Shown one piece after another: positions 26,291 to 32,000 of a DNA stretch of 32,000 bases. This stretch comes from Paenibacillus algorifonticola (GTDB lineage Bacteria > Bacillota > Bacilli > Paenibacillales > Paenibacillaceae). Position 1 is the stretch's first letter. The number at the start of each line of letters is the position of its first letter. The notes under the pieces are model-generated. The model was given only the letters and a program-made list of their open reading frames with translations, searched no databases and was not told the DNA's origin. The translations under genes were made by a program, and so were the position numbers. The stretch covers positions 175,181 to 207,180 of the forward strand of contig NZ_LAQO01000003.1 in assembly GCF_000971975.1 (NCBI RefSeq). The letters are read 5' to 3'.

Positions 26291-26351
26291 CAATATGATA
26301 ATATGAATTTGCAGACAGGAGGTGGGGCAGCAAAAGGGCGTGAGAATGATC

Positions 26352-26922
26352 ATGGCGAGAAGCAAAGAGTTTGAAATCAACGTGGTATTAGACAAGGCAA
26401 TGGACTTATTCTGGCGTCAAGGCTACGAAAAAACCTCCATACAGGAGCTTGTTCAGGGCATGGGTATTCACAGAAGAAGCTTGTATGATACGTTCGGAGA
26501 CAAGCATCAGTTATTTATGGATGTCTTGAACCGATATACTTCGACTTTGAATTCAAATATTACGAATCGCATTCATCGCTCAAATTCTGCCAAAGAGGCT
26601 ATCCGGCAGTTGTTTGAAATGATAGTCAGTTGTGAAGAGAATCAACCACTGTTTAACGGTAAATGCGGCCGTTGAACTGTCACTGCTCGATCCAGAAGTG
26701 GCAGTTAAAATTCATGAGCAGTTTTTTGCTTCAGAGCAATTGTTGTATGATTTGCTGGTGAGCGGTCAGAAAACGGGAGAAATTCCCGAACATTATGATG
26801 CTGTGAGCCTTTCCCTCTATCTGCATAATGCTTGGGTGGGATTGCGTGTAATGATTAAAACGACAGAAGACAAAGAAAAGCTGGAAAGCATTATTAATAC
26901 AACTTTAGCAGTCCTGGGATAA
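26352..26922 (+). pseudogene. TetR-family regulator, frameshifted paralogue of 20473..21051
   Basis: ORF 26322..26675 (MARSKEFEINVVLDKAMDLFWRQGYEKTS..) and ORF 26632..26922 (..CLTVNAAVELSLLD..) together align along the full length of the intact paralogue (MARYKEFEENVVLDKAMKLFWEQGYEKTS ... GCLMVNSAVELAMRD). The reading frame changes near 26648-26652. Confidence 0.7.
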
Positions 26923-26938
26923 ATTTTTTAACATAATT

Positions 26939-26952
26939 AGAATGATCGTTCT
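26939..26952. promoter_or_regulatory. candidate TetR operator AGAATGATCGTTCT upstream of the SDR gene
   Basis: A 14-bp near-palindrome, one position off perfect symmetry, about 105 nt upstream of the SDR start at 27060. Same motif as 20345. Confidence 0.5.
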
Positions 26953-27059
26953 TGATTTAAATCGAAAGCGGCATTAATTTTAGGTGTGATGCCAATCCTA
27001 AAATCATCAAGGCTAAGTCAAAGGACTGTATAAAATAAATCTTAAAGGAGAATTTAAAA

Positions 27060-27812
27060 ATGACTATAAACATGGACGGCAAAGTTGCTTTTGTAACTGG
27101 AGGAAATCGTGGCATTGGATTGGAAACGGCACGTCAATTAGGTAAGCTTGGCGCCACTGTCGTTATTGGGTCACGCGATTTGGCGAAAGGGAAGGTTGCT
27201 GTGGATACACTTCGTTCGGAGGGAATCCAAGCGGAGAATATCAAATTGGACGTCAATCTAGCCGAAGACCTTCAAGTTGCCTACAATTTTTTTGAACAGC
27301 GGTACGGTAAGCTTGATATGTTGATTAATAATGCTGGGATACAGATAGAGATTGAAGATCTTGCACCCATTAATGAAACAAGTACCGTTTCGCCGGTCGT
27401 TATGCGTGAAACCTTCGATGCCAATTTCTTCAGCATGGTTGAATTAACTCAGCTACTGCTGCCGTTGATTCGCAAAGCGCCAGCCGGAAGAATTGTTAAT
27501 GTATCCAGTGCGCTTGGATCGAATACACTCCATTCCGATCCCGCTGCTCAAATTTATGATGTCAAGCTTCTTGCTTACGATGCCTCGAAGGCGGCAATGA
27601 ATACCTTTACGACCCATCTTGCACATGAGCTGAAGGATACACCAATCAAAGTGAATTCTGCTTACCCTGGTTGGGTGAAGACTCCACTGGGCGGAAAATA
27701 CGCTGATATGGATCTTGAAGATGGCGGTAAGACAAGCGTAATGCTTGCCACGTTGCCTTCGGACGGACCGACAGGCAAGTTCTTTCATATGGACACAGAG
27801 CTGCCTTGGTAA
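27060..27812 (+). CDS. SDR-family oxidoreductase (carbonyl-reductase-like)
   Basis: 250 aa. AAAGGAG RBS, TGGNRGIG, NNAG and the YDASK catalytic motif. Confidence 0.9.
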   Translation: MTINMDGKVAFVTGGNRGIGLETARQLGKLGATVVIGSRDLAKGKVAVDTLRSEGIQAENIKLDVNLAEDLQVAYNFFEQRYGKLDMLINNAGIQIEIEDLAPINETSTVSPVVMRETFDANFFSMVELTQLLLPLIRKAPAGRIVNVSSALGSNTLHSDPAAQIYDVKLLAYDASKAAMNTFTTHLAHELKDTPIKVNSAYPGWVKTPLGGKYADMDLEDGGKTSVMLATLPSDGPTGKFFHMDTELPW

Positions 27813-27844
27813 TACGGTAGTTAATAGAAAAACGTGTTAATACT

Positions 27845-27944
27845 AAGTTCTTGTCCTTGGCTCGGGACAAGAACTTATACCGATAAAACAAAAAAACCGC
27901 TAAAATAGCGACTTTCAATGAGACAATGTTCTTGTCCCTCGACA
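27845..27944 (-). repeat. solo transposon-end-like repeat, copy C (GGACAAGAAC family)
   Basis: On the minus strand it reads TGTCGAGGGACAAGAACATTG... It includes the palindrome AAGTTCTTGTCCTTGGCTCGGGACAAGAACTT (27845-27876) and the same internal CGCTA-loop-TAGCG hairpin plus A/T run as copy B. Confidence 0.6.
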
Positions 27945-28359
27945 GATCGATCGACCTCAAAAAATTTGTCTACGGATTTTGAGCGGGCCATTGTAACCGC
28001 ATAGAATCGTGTTCAGTGCTGACACTCAACAGCCTTAAGGTGTAGAGGCTGTTGAGCTACAGTTCTTACTTGCTAAATTGCCTAGACTGGTTAATGAGTC
28101 GTTGAAAGCTATTGCGGTCTCCGACTCGTTTCAATCTGGCATCTAAAAGTCCTTTTTTCTATTCGATATATGATAAGGATAATAGATATATTAACCAGGT
28201 TAACGGATTGAAAAACCTTTTCTATATCAGTGCTTTTTTTGAGTCGCCGCTAGCGCACACGCTGTCCAACAAGGTGAGGTCAAGTTCCAAACCATGCCAA
28301 TCCATGTGCCACTATCCGGCAGAGTAGAACTTTCCATCGTCTTCTCTATTTCTCATTTT

Positions 28360-29982
28360 TTATTTGACTATTGCATTTTTCTTAATAGAATCCAGTTCTT
28401 CTTTGCTGTGATAAGCACCTGCGCGTATAACAGCGTCTATCTTATGAAGGTTCTGAACACTCTCTAAGGGATTTTCGTCCAGAAGCACTACATCGCCATT
28501 CTTACCTATTTCCACGGTGCCCATATCATCCATGCGCCCCAGAAATTCAGCCCCGTTAAGTGTGGCCATTTGCAGAACATGGAGGGGTGAGATGTCTGCT
28601 TTTTCAAGTTCATCAAATTCTTGATGAATGGAGTAACCTGCGGTACGCCAATTAGCTCCGCCGCCTTCATCTGTGCCAACCATCATCTTTACGCCTTCTG
28701 AATCAAATGTCTTTGCCAGTTTCAAATAAAGGTCGTAGAGTTCCTGCTCAATGGAATTACTACCATCAGCGAACAGACCTAAATGCATCCGTACCAGTGT
28801 CAGGCATTGCCAGGTGTTGTTCTCAACATATACATCCGCAAGCTCAATTGCCTTTTCTTCACTGTAAGTGTCAATTAAATGTTGAAGTTGCGCGGAATCC
28901 TTTTTTCCTCCAGAAGTCTTAATGGCTAAACTGATGGCTTGCTCGTTCACAAAATCTCTAAGACCTTTTATCTTCATGAATTGCACGAAGATTGGATTTT
29001 CTGTGATTGAAGGAACCCCAGTCGCCTCTGCCCTCAAGGTCTTCTCGTCTGTTGAGGTGGATATCAGTGCCCCGTTGTTGATTCCGAAGTGTTCGACACT
29101 GGCGAATCCATTTTCCGCAACCTCTTTCAAGTCCATATCAGGAAGCACATGACCCTCAAATGGAATATTTAATTTATCCGCCTCCGCTTGAACAGCATTA
29201 AATACATCCGGAGAAACGCCCCCCACTTTTATAATGCCGGCCCCTTCCTTTTTCTGCCGGCGGACCAATTCCACGGCAATCTTGGGTGTGGGCGCGTTAA
29301 TCGGTGTTAAGACATCGCTGGGCATCGTGAGCAGTGCCGGTTGATCCGTGGAACTGGTAAATGCGCCGGATCTCCATTCCTTCAGGAGTTCAGCCGAGCC
29401 GCTCATCTGCCTGAATCCGGTTACGCCATTGGCAAGCAGCAGATCCATTGTGTCAGAGGTGTGCTTCTCCCCTATCAAGTGCATATGCATGTTCAGGTAC
29501 CCGGGAACCGCATACTTTCCTGTAGCATCAACAATCTTCATGTCTTTGTCAGCCTTGATACTCCCAGCCGGTGCAATGTCTATAATTTTCCCATCTGCAA
29601 ACAGAATGCTTACATTAGAAGTTAAATTACCAGTACGTGTATCCACAATTGTCAAGTTATTCAATAAAAGCTGATAGGAAGCGCTGGGCTGTTCCAGTTC
29701 CGCAGTGGTATAGGGCTGAATATCTGCCGAAGGCTGACCGGCAAACAAACCGATCCATGCAACCACAAGCGCAACTACCCAACAGAGCGGAACACGCCAC
29801 CCGTGCCAGAATTCCGTCCTTCTTAGCATAACGAGCGAGCCGATGCAGGCTGTCAGAATCAGATATGCAAACCAACGTTCATCACTGCTGATCATCAGCA
29901 CTAGAACAATCCCGAATAATAACACTAATAAAAACATAAATCCAACCATCTTTAGAATTTTTCTTTTTCTACTTTGCTCCAT
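28360..29982 (-). CDS. membrane-anchored amidohydrolase-family metallo-hydrolase
   Basis: ORF 28360..30048. AAAGGAAAGG 7 nt upstream favours ATG 29982 (MEQSRKRKILK). Three N-terminal hydrophobic helices are followed by the HxH metal motif (YLNMHMHLIG) and an amidohydrolase-like C-terminal region (VGTDEGG, GDVVLLDENP). Confidence 0.8.
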   Translation of the reverse strand: MEQSRKRKILKMVGFMFLLVLLFGIVLVLMISSDERWFAYLILTACIGSLVMLRRTEFWHGWRVPLCWVVALVVAWIGLFAGQPSADIQPYTTAELEQPSASYQLLLNNLTIVDTRTGNLTSNVSILFADGKIIDIAPAGSIKADKDMKIVDATGKYAVPGYLNMHMHLIGEKHTSDTMDLLLANGVTGFRQMSGSAELLKEWRSGAFTSSTDQPALLTMPSDVLTPINAPTPKIAVELVRRQKKEGAGIIKVGGVSPDVFNAVQAEADKLNIPFEGHVLPDMDLKEVAENGFASVEHFGINNGALISTSTDEKTLRAEATGVPSITENPIFVQFMKIKGLRDFVNEQAISLAIKTSGGKKDSAQLQHLIDTYSEEKAIELADVYVENNTWQCLTLVRMHLGLFADGSNSIEQELYDLYLKLAKTFDSEGVKMMVGTDEGGGANWRTAGYSIHQEFDELEKADISPLHVLQMATLNGAEFLGRMDDMGTVEIGKNGDVVLLDENPLESVQNLHKIDAVIRAGAYHSKEELDSIKKNAIVK

Positions 29983-30090
29983 ATATGTACCTTTCCTTTT
30001 CATTATTCTCATTCCTGCTTTGTACAGCAAGAGATGGATACCTTCCAAGCCTATCCAAAGTATATTCTTAGATCAGCAATGTTCTATAAA

Positions 30091-31029
30091 CTACATTGCT
30101 AGCGAACCGCATTCCTCCGGCCTATCCAGCCAAGGAAGATGCCCGGCATCCTGTATTGCATGAAACTCCGCCTGTTGGAAGCAAGATGCAACCTTCCGCC
30201 CTATTTCTATGGTGCCAAACGGGTCATTTGTACCCCATAGGAACATAACCGGCTGCTTTACTTGATTCAATTCTTCCTTGTGAAGCAAGACATCCGGCTG
30301 AGAACCTCTCATGGAATTAATTCGCCGCATAAGACTGAGACTTGAAATTTTATAGTTGGGAAGCTGCTGAAAATAGTAATAGCAGTCTGAGAATTCACTG
30401 GGAAGCTTCGTCAGTCTTTCCGAAGAATGGCCCATAAAACGCAGGCTTTCCAGCGATTTGTCCGGTTTTTTGGGCATGACGAGCTTGTACAATAAACTGT
30501 TGAGACCTGGTATAGAAAGCGCACGGAGAGCGACAGGTGGGCTTGTGTTGATCAGGTTCCCGGGCACGCCCAACAGCACAAGTGTGGAAACACGTTCCGG
30601 ATGGTCGATCGCCGTCAGTATACTCATGTGTCCACCGATGGAATGGGCTATGATGGGCACTTTGTCGAGTTTGAGTTCGTCCAACACGCTTATAACCGTT
30701 TGAACCGCAAACTTTCTGAAATCAATATTCCGGTGGTCCATGCTGTCGCTCATTCCTCCACCCGGACGGTTGATGGCGATAATGCGCCGGTCTGTCAAGC
30801 GAGCCATCAAGGGGATGAGCGGAAAGACGTCGCCGGTATTACCGGGAACAAGCACGACGGGCTTGCCGTTGCCGATCTCAGTCACTCTGATTTTATAGCC
30901 GGAATCCCCGAACGGGACATACCTGGTTTTTGCTTCAAGTTTGTAATACGAAAGCAAATCCCGTTCCGCATTTCGCGCCTTAACGACACGGGAATCATCA
31001 TCATTCAGAATCAGAGACGAGCTATTCAT
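30091..31029 (-). CDS. alpha/beta-fold hydrolase
   Basis: 312 aa. Nucleophile elbow AHSIGGH (GxSxG) and a C-terminal catalytic His context (DAGHLPWLD). Confidence 0.85.
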   Translation of the reverse strand: MNSSSLILNDDDSRVVKARNAERDLLSYYKLEAKTRYVPFGDSGYKIRVTEIGNGKPVVLVPGNTGDVFPLIPLMARLTDRRIIAINRPGGGMSDSMDHRNIDFRKFAVQTVISVLDELKLDKVPIIAHSIGGHMSILTAIDHPERVSTLVLLGVPGNLINTSPPVALRALSIPGLNSLLYKLVMPKKPDKSLESLRFMGHSSERLTKLPSEFSDCYYYFQQLPNYKISSLSLMRRINSMRGSQPDVLLHKEELNQVKQPVMFLWGTNDPFGTIEIGRKVASCFQQAEFHAIQDAGHLPWLDRPEECGSLAM

Positions 31030-31106
31030 AGATCCAATTCTCCGCTTCTTCGTAGATGTGCTGTACAGACTCCGGTCTGTCGATGCTCGGAAGATCCATA
31101 TTCACT

Positions 31107-31445
31107 TCAAATCCACTTTTTTGTAAGAGATATGAAAGATGCGCGTAACTGGGTCTGTATGGTTGCCATTGTCGCCGTCACGGCCCTGTCGTTGTTCAGT
31201 TCAACCACCGTGTTATAAAGCTTATGCGGCGCATGGGAGCTCATATTAATGGATGCGTCCACGAATTCGGCCCCAGTTCCCGTAAACCACGAGATTGTCA
31301 CCATGGAATCAAGAGTAAAACATTTGTGCATTTCATGACATTGCGCGTTATCCCTGCAAAAGCGCTCAAACTCAATGAGTTCCTTAATCTTAAATTTGTC
31401 TTTTATCATTTGGACAGTGTTGCGAACAGGTCTTGTAAACAGCAT
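31107..31445 (-). CDS. NTF2/SnoaL-like fold protein, possibly truncated by a frameshift
   Basis: ORF 31107..31469. AGGAGG favours ATG 31445 (MLFTRPV). The pattern IKELIEFERFCRDNAQ...FTLDSMV...ELNNDRAVTATMATIQT fits SnoaL_4-type proteins. The ORF ends right after ..KKWI, where such proteins normally continue for about 30 aa. Confidence 0.55.
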   Translation of the reverse strand: MLFTRPVRNTVQMIKDKFKIKELIEFERFCRDNAQCHEMHKCFTLDSMVTISWFTGTGAEFVDASINMSSHAPHKLYNTVVELNNDRAVTATMATIQTQLRASFISLTKKWI

Positions 31446-31582
31446 ATTCTCTCCTCCTGGTACATCCAATTGCTGCTTTTGGCAGCTCTATCTTGCTAAA
31501 ACAACCAAATATATGATACAAATGTATCATAATCATAAATGAAGTCAATACAAGATCGAGAAGTGGAACAGGAGTGGTGGAA

Positions 31583-32000
31583 ATGTATCGTATCGGAAAT
31601 GATAAGCGAAAAACACAATCCGCAATACTCATTTGCAGCGGCATGGAAGAATTGATGCGAACACAGGATTATAATGATATCTCCGTCACGCAGATCATTA
31701 ACGTGTCCGGCGTGGGCAGAGCCACCTTTTATCGTTTGTTTGACGATAAATCGGATGTCGTGCTGTACCAGATGGAATCGGTATTCAATGAATTAATCCG
31801 GCGTATGGGCCCCCGTACCGATCCCAATGTGGTAGTTAAATCTTTATTTGATCTCTGTCTTTCCCACAAACTGCTCTTTTTATCCTTGGTAAAAGCAAAT
31901 CTGTATGGGGAGTTTCAAACCCAGCTATCCTTTGTAATGGGAGAAAAACTGAAATTCATTAAAGAAGATGTTGGTTTAGACGACAGGAAATGGCAGTATT
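31583..32000 (+). CDS. TetR-family transcriptional regulator (3' end beyond window)
   Basis: Open frame from ATG 31583 (GGAGTGGTGG RBS) to the window edge: MYRIGNDKRKTQSAILICSGMEELMRTQDYNDISVTQIINVSGVGRATFYRLFDDKSDV. It has the typical TetR HTH. It is absent from the ORF track because no stop falls inside the window. Confidence 0.75.
   Translation, partial: MYRIGNDKRKTQSAILICSGMEELMRTQDYNDISVTQIINVSGVGRATFYRLFDDKSDVVLYQMESVFNELIRRMGPRTDPNVVVKSLFDLCLSHKLLFLSLVKANLYGEFQTQLSFVMGEKLKFIKEDVGLDDRKWQY

Noticed and set aside
30601-31218. 205-aa plus-strand ORF
   Set aside because: It is antisense to the alpha/beta hydrolase gene, whose frame carries the GxSxG elbow and the catalytic His context. 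It is a shadow ORF with odd composition.
25343-32000. An active skin-type intervening element beginning at the sigK breakpoint
   Set aside because: No recombinase gene is adjacent. The flanking genes are ordinary redox and hydrolase genes. The sigK fragment also carries a frameshift, so decay is the simpler reading.

Overview
Firmicutes-type (Bacillales-like) chromosomal segment: GGAGG-type ribosome-binding sites, a sigK homologue, a PBP5-type carboxypeptidase, roughly 40% GC by eye. No rRNA, tRNA or CRISPR array was seen.

Left (1-4.4 kb): a small cluster of immunity-like or unknown genes, a LuxR-HTH pseudogene and a D-Ala-D-Ala carboxypeptidase.

Centre: a Tn7-like transposon whose ends can be placed to the base, 4878..15034 (10,157 bp).
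- Termini are TGT...ACA, flanked by a 5-bp target duplication ACACA.
- Core genes are tnsA-tnsB-tnsC-tniQ/tnsD. Each end carries four ~22-bp TnsB-type repeats.
- There is no tnsE and there are no cas genes.
- The AT-rich cargo is four genes that read as two uncharacterised defence-type modules. Module (i) is a TauD/TfdA-like Fe(II)/2OG dioxygenase plus a HEPN-motif (RNEELH) zinc-ribbon protein. Module (ii) is an OLD-family ABC-ATPase/Toprim nuclease plus a Schlafen/AlbA_2-domain protein. Module (ii) has no UvrD partner, so it is not canonical Gabija.
- The transposon sits 11 bp from a solo TGT...ACA terminus of a different repeat family (GGACAAGAAC sites). Two more copies of that family lie at 17.5 kb and 27.9 kb.
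- Next to it are an XerS-like tyrosine recombinase and a 5'-truncated EamA transporter gene.

Right (16.7-32 kb): a redox/detox region and several decayed genes.
- Redox genes: an OYE reductase, tandem SDR paralogues, two MDR quinone-reductase paralogues and another SDR.
- These are controlled by TetR paralogues that share an AGAAyGATCrTTCT operator-like palindrome.
- Decayed genes: a 5'-truncated and frameshifted sigK pseudogene, a frameshifted TetR, and a possibly frameshifted NTF2-like gene.
- Also present: a membrane-anchored amidohydrolase, an alpha/beta hydrolase, and a partial TetR at the window edge.

All functional calls rest on motifs read by eye and recalled family signatures. No database search was run.
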